Assembly: GCA_964016885.1 (NCBI GenBank)
Contig: OZ024741.1
Location: 391,096,001-391,160,000 of the forward strand
Length of the DNA stretch: 64,000 nt
Origin: Eledone cirrhosa
Taxonomy: Eukaryota
Direction: 5' to 3'
The position numbers and the translations under genes are program-made. Below are positions 1-13,597 of the stretch, in pieces. Within the stretch, counting starts at the first letter, position 1, and each line of letters opens with the position of its first letter. The notes beneath the pieces were generated by a model. The model was given only the letters and a program-made list of their open reading frames with translations. It searched no databases and was not told the origin of the DNA.

Positions 1-1
1 G

Positions 2-2278
2 ATGGCCCCCCCTCAGGAGAAACCAAAAATAATCAACCTCTCAAAGACACCTCTAACCAACACACAAATCAACATTTTAAGTAAGGGCCTGAAATTTACA
101 CCTACACCACGTAAACCAAACTTCCCCGAAATGAAGGATGACATCATGGAATACTGCCGAAAGCTGCGACTAACGGAATTCTTCCACAACGACACCAACA
201 CTGAAGACGAATCACTGGTTAGAAATAAAAGCAATTTCTGCCCACAAAAGGGAAGAAGTAAAGCACTGGACACGTACTGCGAACACATCACCAACTTTCC
301 CTATGAAAAAATTACAAATAAACACACGAAATCAAACCTATCTACACACGAATGGGAAGAATTATTCACACTTAGAAACAACCCTGAGATAACTATCAAA
401 GAAGCCGATAAAGGCAGTACTGTTGTCATTATGAATACGGACTACTATAGGACCCTCGCACTTAACATTTTAGAAAACAACACATACTATGAAAAAACAG
501 AAAACTACAAACACACCAAAACAATGGGGAACCTTTTGACCTTACTGAATAAATACCGCAACAGCTTAACCACAAAAGAGTTTAACTATATAAGCCACTT
601 CAAATGCAATACAAGCTCTTTTTACGGCTTACCGAAACTCCACAAATGTAAACCCATAAACGATGCATGTGACACCTCAACCAACAATTACATTGAACTA
701 ACACCACCAGAAGACCTAAAACTCAGGCCAATTATAGCAGGCCCTACATGTGAAACCCACAGACTTAGCAACTTTCTGGACATCCTACTGAAACCCTTTC
801 TACAACATATACAGAGCTACATACGAGATGACCTTGACATGCTGAAACACCTCCCTAAAACAGTAAGTGCAAATACAATTCTTGTCTCCTTTGACGTAAT
901 AAACCTCTACACAAACATACCCCACAACTATGGAATAACAGCAGTCCAATACTGGCTTAACACACACCCATCAGAAATACCGACACGCATCAACACAGAT
1001 TTTATCACTGACGGACTCCGCTTTATCCTACAAAATAACTACTTCACATTCAATGGTTCAACATACAGACAAGTATCAGGTACGGCAATGGGCACGAAAG
1101 TAGCACCCACATATGCCAACCTAGTCATGGGATTCCATGAACAACAAATATACAGTCAGTCCCTTCTCTTATTTGGAGACTCTTTCCACACACACCTCAA
1201 AGCCAATTGGAAAAGATATCTAGACGACTGCTTTATCCTATGGCAAGAAGACATGAACTCACTTACTACGTTTAAAAACATGATAAACAACATAGATAAT
1301 AACATACAATTCACAATGGAATCCAATCCTAAGGAATTAGCCTTCTTGGATATTCTCATCTCTGTAATAGACGGGAAATTAGATACAGATATATTCTATA
1401 AACCCACAGATTCCAAGCAATACCTCTTTTTCACATCAAGTCACCCAAAACATACAAAACTTAACATTCCTTACAATTTGGCCAAACGTATATGTACCAT
1501 AGTATCAGATCCACCTAAACGGGAGCAAAGACTAAAGGAACTAAAAGACACCCTTATCTTAAGAGCCTTTCCACTTGAAATAATCAACAATGGAATAGAC
1601 AGGGCAAAACACCTAAATCCCCATCAACTTAACAATCCAAAACAGAAAACCACACTCAACACCCTGCCATATGTATCCACTTTCAACCCCAGAAATACCG
1701 AAATGTTTGATCACCTACACAAAAACCTCCCCATCCTACTTAAAGATGTAAAAATGAAGTCTATTCTTGAAACACACAAGATCCTTAAAAGTAAAAGACA
1801 ACCCAAATCACTTAAACGCATTCTCACTGGACCAAATATACCCAAACTAATCCTCAACCCTACAGTTACCAAATGTGGTAGAACAAACTGTGGAACGTGC
1901 CTCTACCTCACTGAAGGACAAACATTTACATTCAAAGATGGCCAAACATTTACAGTAAAAAACAATTTCACCTGCAACTCGGAGCACTTGATTTACGCAA
2001 TAACTTGCGGTGGGTGCAAACACAACTACATAGGACAGACGGGCACCTCATTACGCAAAAGAATGACCATCCACCGCCAACAAATCCGGGACGCTAACAC
2101 AAGAAAAATCCCCTTGAGCAGCCATATTGCGAACTGCGCAGGAATGACACTACCCAACTTTAAAATCTTCCCCTTCTACAAGTGCTCAGATTCGTTCACA
2201 CAGCAACAAAGAATAAACAAAGAAAATCTATTCCTTAACAAATTTAAACCAAAACTAAACGGGTTATCACCCCAATAG
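2..2278 (+). CDS. Penelope-like element (Neptune-like) RT + GIY-YIG endonuclease, uninterrupted ORF (N-terminus may extend past the window edge)
   Basis: RT motifs FYGLPKLHK, LRPII, SFDVINLYTNIP, GTAMGTKVAPTYANL, WKRYLDD; Cys linker CGRTNCGTC; GIY-YIG LIYAITCGGCKHNYIGQT..LRKRM..H. Confidence 0.93.
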   Translation: MAPPQEKPKIINLSKTPLTNTQINILSKGLKFTPTPRKPNFPEMKDDIMEYCRKLRLTEFFHNDTNTEDESLVRNKSNFCPQKGRSKALDTYCEHITNFPYEKITNKHTKSNLSTHEWEELFTLRNNPEITIKEADKGSTVVIMNTDYYRTLALNILENNTYYEKTENYKHTKTMGNLLTLLNKYRNSLTTKEFNYISHFKCNTSSFYGLPKLHKCKPINDACDTSTNNYIELTPPEDLKLRPIIAGPTCETHRLSNFLDILLKPFLQHIQSYIRDDLDMLKHLPKTVSANTILVSFDVINLYTNIPHNYGITAVQYWLNTHPSEIPTRINTDFITDGLRFILQNNYFTFNGSTYRQVSGTAMGTKVAPTYANLVMGFHEQQIYSQSLLLFGDSFHTHLKANWKRYLDDCFILWQEDMNSLTTFKNMINNIDNNIQFTMESNPKELAFLDILISVIDGKLDTDIFYKPTDSKQYLFFTSSHPKHTKLNIPYNLAKRICTIVSDPPKREQRLKELKDTLILRAFPLEIINNGIDRAKHLNPHQLNNPKQKTTLNTLPYVSTFNPRNTEMFDHLHKNLPILLKDVKMKSILETHKILKSKRQPKSLKRILTGPNIPKLILNPTVTKCGRTNCGTCLYLTEGQTFTFKDGQTFTVKNNFTCNSEHLIYAITCGGCKHNYIGQTGTSLRKRMTIHRQQIRDANTRKIPLSSHIANCAGMTLPNFKIFPFYKCSDSFTQQQRINKENLFLNKFKPKLNGLSPQ

Positions 2279-2559
2279 AATTGTCATAAAATATAAACAC
2301 ACATACGCACGGAATCACTACTATTAAAGACCAGAGACCAATTCTGTAGAATCAGGTTTATTCGTTGACAGACCATGCCTTTGTGTGACCAACACATCCA
2401 TGTTAAACCCTGCACGTGCACACACATATATCTATATATATATGCGCACACAGAATTCACCACTGTCGGTTGCGGGGCCCAATCTACATGAAGAACTCAA
2501 TGTGATCAGAATGACTTGTATTTTAATTTCACTGTCCCAACTTCTTATATTATGGAAAA

Positions 2560-2897
2560 AATATATGTGTATGTATGTATATATATATATATTTGGAGGC
2601 CATTTCTCTGTGTGTGGGTGTATGTATGTGTATATGTGTGTGTGTGTGTATGTGTGTGCATGTGGATGTATGCATTGTGTGTGCGTGTGTGTGTGTGTGT
2701 ATGTATGTGTGTATCTGGATGTATGCGTATGTGTGTATATATATATATATGTGTGTGTGTGTGTATATATATGTGTGTGTATGTGTATATATATGTGTGT
2801 GTGTGTGTATGTTTGTATGTGTGTATGTATATATATGTGTGTGTGTGTGTATGTATGTGTGGGTGTGTGTGTATATATATATATATATATATGTGTG

Positions 2898-2928
<31 letters not shown>

Positions 2929-2965
2929 ATGTGTGTATCTGGATGTATGTGTATGTATATATATA

Positions 2966-2996
<31 letters not shown>

Positions 2997-3071
2997 GTGT
3001 GTGTATGTGTATATATGTGTATGTGTGTGTATGTGTGTATGTATATGTATGTGTGTGTGTATGTATGTGTG

Positions 3072-3124
<53 letters not shown>

Positions 3125-3178
3125 ATGTATATGTATATGTATGTATGTGTGGATGAAGGTATGTGTGTATATATAGGT
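2560..3178. repeat. Compound (TG)n/(TA)n/(TATG)n microsatellite within the PLE 3' region
   Basis: Directly visible; source of spurious VC/YI/HT ORFs. Confidence 0.95.
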
Positions 3179-3486
3179 GTAAGTGCACTAAATCCCTTTC
3201 TATCACGCTCCACTCTCCTACCCACCACAGGAAGATATGTGTATGTATATTGCTTCCACCCCCTCACTGACCAGCAGCTGGCCAGTTGGCCATTGCTAAT
3301 CTGACCTTTATAAAATAACCCACACCCCAAATAACTTCTCATTCACTACCAGAAAGGGACACAGCAGTCAACCTGTTGTTGCTACCTAGATGAAAACTAC
3401 TATGAAATCCCACAATGAATTTTATACTTGAATTTTCAAATCTCAAATTTTAACTCTTCTTATTATTAATTTTCTTAATATTAATC

Positions 3487-3534
3487 AACATTTGAAAAGA
3501 TGGCTTTTGCAGACCCATCGAAACCGGTCATTTT
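3487..3534 (+). ncRNA. Minimal type-I hammerhead ribozyme, U3-A8 core variant, in the PLE 3' terminal region
   Basis: aacat-TTGAAAA-GATGG..CCATC-GAAA-CCGG-TC-atttt; 5-bp stem II, palindromic stem III, GUC site; stem I has one mismatch. Confidence 0.7.
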
Positions 3535-3633
3535 TTATACCCTTTATTATTTCCTTACCTTATAAAATTATATGTTTTTTCACAAAAAAGTATTCTGTCT
3601 CTTATATATTCCATGTGCCATTACCAACCTCAA

Positions 3634-4272
<639 letters not shown>

Positions 4273-4274
4273 TT

Positions 4275-5776
4275 AGAGGAGCTTCAGAGAGCCAAGAAGA
4301 CGATCAAGGAGGGCAAGGCTCATGGAGAAGATGGAGTGGCATCAGAGGTGATGAAGAGGTGTGATTTTAATGATATCATCCTGGGGTTCTGTAACGGGGC
4401 ACTGGAGAAAGGAGTTGCCCCGAATCAGTGGAGGATCAGTAACATCGTCCCAGTGCCAAAGAAGAGAGATCTCTCTAACACCAACAACTACCGGGGGATC
4501 TCACTGACGTCACTTGTGGAAAAGACCCTCAACAGGATGATTCTTAACAGGATCCAGCCTGAGATGGAGAAGAAGCTCAGGGACAACCAGAACGGCTTCA
4601 GAGAGGGTAGATCAACCACCAGTCACATCCTGATGCTGAGGAGGATATTAGAGGGATCTAGAGCAAAGTGCCTTCCTGCGGTCATGGTTTTCATTGACTT
4701 TAGGAAGGCCTTTGATTCTGTGGACCGTTACTGCCTGATGAAGATCTTACAGGCTTATGGAATCCCCAAGAGGATAGTGGACCTGATATCACTGCTCTAC
4801 ACCAACACCAAAGCCCAAGTCATTACACCTGATGGGATGACAGAGTTCTTTGAGATACTGGCTGGAGTGCTCCAGGGAGATACATTGGCTCCCTACCCTT
4901 TTATCATCGTAGTGGACTATTGTATGCGCCTTGTACTGGAGAAACACCAGGACTCTGGCTTTACTGTAGCACCGGCTCAGAGCAGGAGAGTTAGGGCGAA
5001 AAAGGTATCGGATGCTGAATTTGCCGACGACATAGTTTTGGTGACAAATACAGTGAAGGAGGCAGAGGATTTGATGCGGGAGGTTGAGACTGTGTCGATG
5101 AGTGTGGGGCTGAGAATGAATGAGACTAAAACAAAATATCTGGTAGAGAATGTTGAGAAGCCAGAGGAGATCACTAATGTAGGCGGGAAGCCGCTGGAAT
5201 TGGTTGAGGACTTCCTGTATTTGGGAGCAAAGATTGGGAATACGGAAGATGATGTGGTTGAGAGGAAGAGCAAGGCCTGGGCGGCGTGCCACAGCTTGAG
5301 ATCGGTGTGGAAGTCGGACCTTCGTAGAGACCTGAAAATCCGCCTCTTCATTGCTGTAGTGGAGTCTGTGCTGCTGTATGGGTCTGAGACTTGGACACTG
5401 ACCAAGAAACTCACTCAGATGGTGGATGGGTGCTACACTAGAATGCTGAGGATGGCTCTGAACATTAATCAGTATACACTGAGGATGAAAAACTCGGAGC
5501 TGTGTAGGGGCGTCCCAAAGGTCGGCTCAAGGGTGGCACAGAGGGGACTGAGGTTGGCTGGACATGCTCACCGACATCCAGAGTTGACATTGCACTCAGT
5601 ACTCCTTTGGGAGCCCCTACATGGACACACTAGAAGAGGAAGACCAAGGTTAACGTATGTTGATGCCCTAAGGACAGACACTGGTCTGTTGGAGATACAG
5701 GACATGGCAGTGATAATGAGGGACAGAGACCGCTGGAGAGAACTCGTCCATGGATCTCGGGAATTTTACCCGCCTT

Positions 5777-5778
<2 letters not shown>
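4275..5778 (+). mobile_element. RTE-clade LINE, 5'-truncated RT and C-terminus (ORF 4336-5778)
   Basis: NYRGISL, QNGFREGRST, FIDFRKAFDSV, GVLQGDTLAP, FADD, LLYGSETW, LRLAGH, RGRP; ends directly in (TA)n. Confidence 0.93.
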
Positions 5779-5842
<64 letters not shown>

Positions 5843-6046
5843 GTAGTACACTGGAAGGTAATATCAGTAGTGGTAGAGCATTCAGTCCATGGGACTGTAC
5901 CGAGAACAATTGTTTCACCTTAGCTGATCCTCAGCTCGAGCTGAGGATCAGCTAGGATTCGTTTGCAATTATGCAAACAGCCTCTTTAAGCCATGTCAGT
6001 AGAATGACCCCGTCATTCTTGCTCTTCTGTTTGCATATAATCAGAA

Positions 6047-6090
6047 CGGCAGACACTAATGTTTCTGGGTCATTACTCTTCATCAGTACA
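6047..6090 (-). ncRNA. Degenerate minimal hammerhead ribozyme in a PLE-type terminal remnant (about 5843-6400)
   Basis: Minus strand gta-CTGATGA-agagtaatgaccca-GAAA-CATTAGTG-TC-tgc; tail with GAGTGCT-like motif at 5876-5884. Confidence 0.55.
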
Positions 6091-6610
6091 GTATACTGCT
6101 CACCTGCTAACTGTCAGAGCTAGTGAAAATATATGATATTTTCTGGAATTTACAGTGACTGATCGGCCTGATTACCATATTAACAGACTGTCTGATTAGT
6201 CAGATCTGCATATTAGCAGACCCCCTGATCAGCCAAATTTGCATATCAGCAGATAGGCCAGTCAGTTTTATGTATGGCCGGCTTTGCCATAGTCAAATAA
6301 CTAACAAATAGTTTTATCGCTCTACATTGCTGAATACAAGAAATGTATATTTGAGGTTTTCGAATATTATTAATAATATTCGATTCGTTTGCAATTATGC
6401 ATATATATACACACACAGACATACATATATGTATATATACATATATATAAGGATAAAGATTCCATAACTCCTTGTTATCGAACCAACCAACCAACCAACC
6501 GGAAATTTATAATAAATTGAAATGAAAAACCAACCAACAGTTGCTGTGTATTTATTGGCAGCATGACCCTCCCAAAGTATAACAACATTTATATACATAC
6601 ATACATACAT

Positions 6611-6644
<34 letters not shown>

Positions 6645-6645
<1 letters not shown>

Positions 6646-6816
6646 CGAATGTATATATAGTGTATTTTGCAATACACTGTATGCTTAATTAAAAGCATTT
6701 TGAAGACCTTACGCTATTGTTTTAAAGTAGTGACTATGTCACTTACTTCTATTTTCAGCAAACAAGGGGAGATAAGCTGACAGAGCTCTGTTTCATACTG
6801 TTGGTACTTATCAACA
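6645..6816 (-). mobile_element. Copy of the 9991-10410 PLE-terminal family, with U3-A8 hammerhead core at 6775-6814
   Basis: High similarity to 9991-10145; minus strand TTGATAA-GTAC..GTAT-GAAA-CAGAGCTCTG-TC-agct; 5' strand of stem I missing. Confidence 0.7.
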
Positions 6817-6904
6817 CAACGGTACTATTCCACACAATGACAGAGAGAGTAAGAAATATGTGTTTGTGTGTGTGTGCTTGGTACACGTCTATCTATCTAT
6901 CTAT

Positions 6905-8615
6905 CGACCGGACGTGCGATAGATCGTCGGTAAGTTTTTGTAAAATTTTCTTTACAAAAACAGAATTTATTATTTGAAAATGTATATTGTTTGTTAGATT
7001 AAGACCCAGGCTGAATTAACAGCTGAGTGGTAATCTCAGTTTTCGCCCCACAGGGTCGGAAATTTTATTTGAAAAAGTTTCAAAAAATTTAATATTTTTG
7101 CTACCGATAATGGCTAGCTTAGTAGAAGCAACTTACAAGATGAACAACACAGATTACAACAGACATCAAAAACCACAAAAAATGAAGCAATAGACACAAC
7201 TACAAACGGAAAAACCGACAACCACAACAACAACACCCAAAAAATAACTTTTACAGAAACAGTCACAAATAATAATAACGTTACCTCAAACTCCGCATGT
7301 ATTGGCGTCACCATGGAAACCAATATGGACAACAAAAATAAAAACAAGATTGAATCACACAGTGTACAACAGACACCAAAAACAACAGAAAAAACAACAG
7401 AAAATAAAACCATTGACATAACTACAAACGAAAAACTGACAACAACAACAACAACAATAACAACAACACAAAAAAAACTTTTGCGCAAACAGTTATCAAG
7501 GATCTCGATATCTCCAATTCGAGACAGATGCTCTCTGAAGCAAAGGAGTTTATCACTTTCGGTGAAAACGGTGGGCACCGTTTGTGAAACAGGCCTTCCC
7601 ACAACTTGTCTCGCTGACGGAGCTGCAGTCCTGGGTCAAGCGAAGACCGAAGAAGATGGGCGCCTGGCACATTGAATGCGCTCAGGCGCTCACAGTCCTC
7701 TGTCAAGTGGGCACGGAAATCAGTGGAGACTCCACTTCGACATTCTATAGAGGGTTAGTACGTCACAAGGGCGACGACGTGCTCGGAGAGACTCTAGGCG
7801 TCGAAGACGACGATCTCACCAGTCTGTTTGGTAGGAATTTCCGCCCGGGACCTATGGACAACTTCCAGAGGTCCCTGGCCTGGCAGTGCTACCGAGGAGC
7901 TCTACCAGTTCGTGACAAGATCTACAGGCACGGACGCCCCGGCAGAGATCCTTCCAAGAGGACGTGTCCAAGATGCGCGCAGGACATTGAAAGCGCCCTC
8001 CTGCACGCAATTGTACACTGCCCGGGCGTAACCGACCTGTGGAACTACGCGGAACAACTGCTGTCGCCTATGGGACAAATCCAGTTGACTGCCGAGTCCA
8101 TAGTAAGAATCAAACCGCCAACTTCTTTCAAAAACGAAAGAGAGGCGGTTTTCTTCTGTATAGTGGCTATGGTGAAAGAGGTTATATGGTGGACGAGATT
8201 GAGAGGACTGAGGACAGATGCCTTTCTCTCCGGACAACAACTCATTCCCTTTAGATACTACCTTAGAAGGAGAATCAGAGTGGAGAGAGAGGCACTACAC
8301 CCCAGTAAATTTACTGAAAGGTGGGTGAATGTGGAAAAAATGGCCCGAGAGATTGGGCCTTCTCTGTATATAAACCTGTAGGTTGAAGAAGAGAGCAAAA
8401 GGAAGTAAAAAGAGAACTTGCACAACACGCTCCTGAAGTTGAGGGTTGTTCTATCGACGGGGTATTAAACAACCCATTTGTGGCGCCCCCCCTCCTTTTG
8501 GGGATTTCGATTGTTATAATTGTTTGTTTTATATTTTTTTACACGATTGTATGTAAAATCCCCGGCATGTGTCTTTGTTTTGTCCCCTTTTCTTGTGCGC
8601 CCTTGTGGCTAATAA

Positions 8616-8616
<1 letters not shown>
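6905..8616 (+). mobile_element. Internally deleted L1/Tx1-like LINE: ORF1 N-terminus joined to ORF2 C-terminal zinc-binding (zf-RVT-like) region
   Basis: Asn/Thr-rich ORF1 start near 7110; 7584-8381 has LAWQCYRGALPV..CPRC..ES..HAIVHC; AATAAA then (TCTA)n; (TCTA)n also on the left flank. Confidence 0.8.
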
Positions 8617-8680
<64 letters not shown>

Positions 8681-8683
8681 CAA

Positions 8684-8730
8684 CAGGGGGCTCAAACATG
8701 CGGCCCGCGAACTACTTTTCTGGGGCCCGT
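8684..8730 (+). mobile_element. hAT (Charlie-like) terminal sequence
   Basis: CAGGGGGCTCAAACATGCGGCCCGCG resembles hAT-Charlie termini (recall). Confidence 0.5.
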
Positions 8731-8777
8731 GGTAGAACCTATGAATAGAAGAAAAAAAAATGTGTGTGTGTATAATA

Positions 8778-8810
<33 letters not shown>

Positions 8811-9295
8811 TTAGGTGCGCCCGGTCGATTAACTCACTCGATATGCAAATTAGGCTGCTCAGCCGCTAATATGCATAAGGAAAGTATATACTTTCAGACG
8901 TTCAATCATCTGGTAGGAAGGTATACGGTGCTGACGATAGCTAATAAGCTTGAAACTAGTACATCGTTCCTTTGTCAGTGTTGAACAAAAGGGCAACGAT
9001 GGTTGCTAAACACTGTACGACTTAATTCGGGATGTTTGTTTACAAACAAACCGAGCATTATAATAAATGTTCGGTAAATCCATACGTACATATATATATG
9101 TGTGCATGTATATATACATATACATACTACTGTACGTCTGTATACATATATGTATGTACGTATACATACTTATATTTAAGTAAAAGCCGTACTAAGAGTG
9201 AGAAATGAAATTTCGTTTCATTTTTTCCATTTATATATATATATACATACATATATATATATATATTCCCACTCTACTATATACATGCATATATA

Positions 9296-9373
9296 TATTC
9301 CCACTCTACTACCCTAAGTATTGAGTACTCTGGTGCGTTATGGTCCATCTGGTTCCTTGCCACATTTCCTTTG

Positions 9374-9375
<2 letters not shown>
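9296..9375 (+). mobile_element. Isolated PLE tail (same family as 41405 and 54255 ends)
   Basis: Reverse complement of 54255-54335; contains TTGAGTACTC. Confidence 0.75.
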
Positions 9376-9441
<66 letters not shown>

Positions 9442-9566
9442 TTACACACTTAAATATAAATGCATTTATATATACAAATGTATAAATGCATAGCTATATA
9501 CATACGTAAGTGTATGCATATATGTATGTAGATTTATATATATATATACCTATATATGTATGTAAG

Positions 9567-9862
9567 CAAAAAAGTGTTGGTAAAATCCAGTACTTCAGTA
9601 TGCGGATAGGAAGCACTCAACGAAGATATAGATTCCGGAGTTATAATAGTGACGAAACATAAGACAATTGCATGAACTCATAATCCTTTATTTACCGCTA
9701 TATATATTTCGATGATAGCCATTGTATGGCTATGACCTCATCAGGTAGTTAGTATGTTCCTGCCTGATGAGGTCATAGCCATACAATAGCTCTCATCAAA
9801 ATATATATAGCGGTAAATAAAGGATTATGAGTTCATACAATTGACTTATGTTTCGTTACTAT
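9567..9862 (-). mobile_element. Short fold-back PLE-derived element: tail plus inverted arms (9646-9748 / 9760-9862), each with a hammerhead
   Basis: Minus 9695-9748: ctac-CTGATGA-stemII-GAAA-TATATA-TA-gcgg; plus copy 9760-9813 has GAAA changed to AAAA. Confidence 0.85.
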
Positions 9863-9874
9863 GTATGTATGTAG

Positions 9875-9918
<44 letters not shown>

Positions 9919-9921
9919 GTT

Positions 9922-9950
<29 letters not shown>

Positions 9951-9958
<8 letters not shown>

Positions 9959-10410
9959 TTAGAATTGTTGCTCTGAAATAGCTATATATATATGAATGTA
10001 TATATAGTGTATTTTGCAATACACTGTATGCTTAATAAAAAGCATTTTGAGGACCTTATGCTATTGTTTTAGAGTAGTGACAGACTCACTTACTTTAATT
10101 TCAGCAAACAGGGGGAGATAAAGCTGACAAGGCCTTGTTTCTGCAACCGCTCTGTATAATCAGTTCCTGATTATTTACTAGAATTCTATAAGAACCAAAA
10201 CATCCGGCATTTCAGCAAACGGGAGGAGTAGTTGGCTTTGATAAGCATCAATAAATGCAGAAACAAGGCCTTGTCAGCTTTATCTCCCCCTGTTTGCTGA
10301 AATTAAAGTAAGTGAGTCTGTCACTACTCTAAAACAATAGCATAAGGTCTTCAAAATGCTTTTTATTAAGCATACAGTGTATTGCAAAATACACTATATA
10401 TACATTTATA
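9951..10410. mobile_element. Fold-back element, about 155-bp arms (9991-10145 / 10256-10410) with about 110-bp spacer
   Basis: Near-perfect inverted repeat in (TA)n; other copies at 6645 and 25338. Confidence 0.85.
10210..10302 (+). ncRNA. Type-I hammerhead, U3-A8 variant, with long stem I
   Basis: tttcagcaaacgggaggag..ggct-TTGATAA-GCAT..ATGC-a-GAAA-CAAGGCCTTG-TC-agct..ctccccctgtttgctgaaa; one extra A before GAAA. Confidence 0.75.
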
Positions 10411-10580
10411 TATATATATATATATATATATAGATTTTGAGTTTATGTTGGTTGTATACCAACACCTCAGTATGCAGGCTGGAGCACCCGACGAAGTGCG
10501 CAGGTTGGTTTGGTTACTCCGGAGTAGTGTAAAATAAAGTTAAATAAAAGTCAAATGATTAAAATTTAGCTTCGTTTATT

Positions 10581-10635
10581 ACTGCTATATATATTTCAGT
10601 GACAGCCATCTTTGGCTGTGACCTCTTCAGGCAGT
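10581..10635 (-). ncRNA. Canonical minimal type-I hammerhead (left arm)
   Basis: Mirror image of 10875-10929. Confidence 0.88.
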
Positions 10636-10874
10636 TTGAATTAGTATGGTATAGACAAGTACATATGTTGTTTAGGTGTATGATATTGTCAATACTCTGA
10701 TATGCCCAGTTCCTTGTTGGGTTGTTACTTCACTGGGGAACTGGAGTCATATGAGAGATATGACTCCAGTTCCCCAGTGAAGTAACAACCCAACAAGGAA
10801 CTGGGCATATCAGAGTATTGACAATATCATACACCTAAACAACATATGTACTTGTCTATACCATACTAATTCAA

Positions 10875-10929
10875 ACTGCCTGAAGAGGTCACAGCCAAAG
10901 ATGGCTGTCACTGAAATATATATAGCAGT
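10875..10929 (+). ncRNA. Canonical minimal type-I hammerhead (right arm)
   Basis: actgc-CTGAAGA-GGTcACAGCCA aaga TGGCTGTcACT-GAAA-TATATA-TA-gcagt; predicted cleavage after 10924. Confidence 0.9.
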
Positions 10930-10990
10930 AATAAACGAAGCTAAATTTTAATCATTTGACTTTTATTTAACTTTATTTTATATATATATA

Positions 10991-11945
<955 letters not shown>

Positions 11946-12798
11946 TGCATGAGTGACGCGTGTCTACCAATTGGGTGAAGATGCACACACATATTTATAT
12001 ATGTATATCTAAGAACTGTGTGTGTACATGTACATGCTTACCCATGCAGTTTTGATTGCAGATATGCATAATTTAACAGCCATAAATGCATGAAAGTTAA
12101 TCCTATATATTTATATATATATACTAAAATTTTTATTTAATAACACAAGGAATGTATAGCAGTAATAAAAAAAATCACTTATGCTTTGTATGTATATATT
12201 ATATGCGGGAGTAGATATAATGTGTATTTTCTGAGTGTGTGTGTATATATATATTTATGTATCTTTGCTTATGTGTACGTGCTATACGATAGGTAATTTC
12301 TCTAGCAATATATATATTTTGTAATGTTTAAATTCCAATTTTTAATATATTGATCTCAATTTTTAAACTAAATATCTAATCATAATTAAACAATGATTAA
12401 TTTCTCATATTATATATGTATATTCCATTCATGAATATTAATATTTCTAATTTTATTTATTCATTTCATCTCAATTGTTAACTCAACTTAATATGACATG
12501 ACTTAAGGTTTTCGTTCTCCCCCCTCTCTATATCTCTATATTTCTCTCTCTTGAGTTTTTTTCTCTCTGTTGTTTTCCTCTGTTTTCTTTTTTTCTTTTT
12601 TTCTTTTTTTTCTTTCTTCTTTTTCTTTATTTATCTCTCCCTTTCTTTTCTCCACGTCTCTCTCTCTCCGTCTTTTTACTTATCCTTAACATAACGACTT
12701 ACTAAAATAAACAAACCACTATCCTGATGTCTTCCAAAAGTAACGGTCGCATTTTGAAAGGGTATGTCAATGTTTATTTATAAAACTGGTATATATTG

Positions 12799-12863
12799 TA
12801 TTTTGTCTGATGAAGGCATACCATAATTTAACTTGGTATCCTTGAAATATGTATAATGAAATA
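12799..12863 (+). ncRNA. Minimal type-I hammerhead
   Basis: tattttgt-CTGATGA-agg.ATACCA..TGGTAT.cct.-GAAA-TATGTA-TA-atgaaata; relatives at 36702, 37129 and 54534. Confidence 0.85.
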
Positions 12864-13399
12864 AATATGGTTTTATAAATATAGTTTCCATTTGTTAATA
12901 TCGTATATATATATATATATAAATCTACATACATATAAACATACATACATTTACGTATGTATATAGCTATGCATTTATACATTTGTATATATACATGTAT
13001 TTATATTTAAGTGTGTAAGGATGTTGAGATGATTTATGTTTTTTTATTAGCTAGGGAGAAAGCTGACCAGGTACTCAGCCTCATCAAACACTAACGCAGG
13101 CCTGTGTGTGTATATATATATGTGTGTGTGTATGTATGTATGTACGTATGCATGTGTGTCTATGTTCGTATGTATGTATATCTAAACACCTACACCTTTC
13201 ATCACTTGTAACTGTTGTCAAAGTTGACATCCTTATGTTCATTTTCTTTGATTTCTTTAGTTTTTCTTTTATCTCCCTAGGGAATTCGTTGACAAGCTTC
13301 TTTTATTTATTTTCTTCGTTTTCTTCATTCAAATGCATTCACACTGGCTGTCTCAGAGACGTACAAATATGGCTTATAAAACTTACCAAATTAAAGGGG

Positions 13400-13531
13400 C
13401 TTCCAGCGCCCCTCTAGCGCCTCCCAAAGCTTCAAACGCCCCCTAATGCCCCCTTTCTCTAAAACGCCCCCCTGGAGCTCAGAAAGCCCCCCCCCCTACC
13501 GGAGGCATATTCACCCCGTTGAGAACCTTTG
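13400..13531 (+). mobile_element. hAT-like terminal region with GCCCCC subterminal repeats
   Basis: Repeated CGCCCCC motifs ending in GTTGAGAACC(T)TTG, resembling hAT-Charlie ends. Confidence 0.45.
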
Positions 13532-13597
13532 CTCTACAGTATGGAGAACAATCAAGAACGCGCAGATCTCTCTCTGTCTCTGTCTTTATATATATAT

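Larger units (their letters stand above)
10432..10980 (-). mobile_element. Fold-back element: about 98-nt tail plus 223-bp palindrome arms (10530-10752 / 10758-10980)
   Basis: No mismatch found between arms by eye; 5-nt loop GAGAG; flanked by (TA)n. Confidence 0.92.

Noticed and set aside
2385-3342. Long VC/YI/HT-rich ORFs (also near 23590, 38000, 50880, 54010 and 58140)
   Set aside because: Translations of dinucleotide microsatellites that lack stop codons
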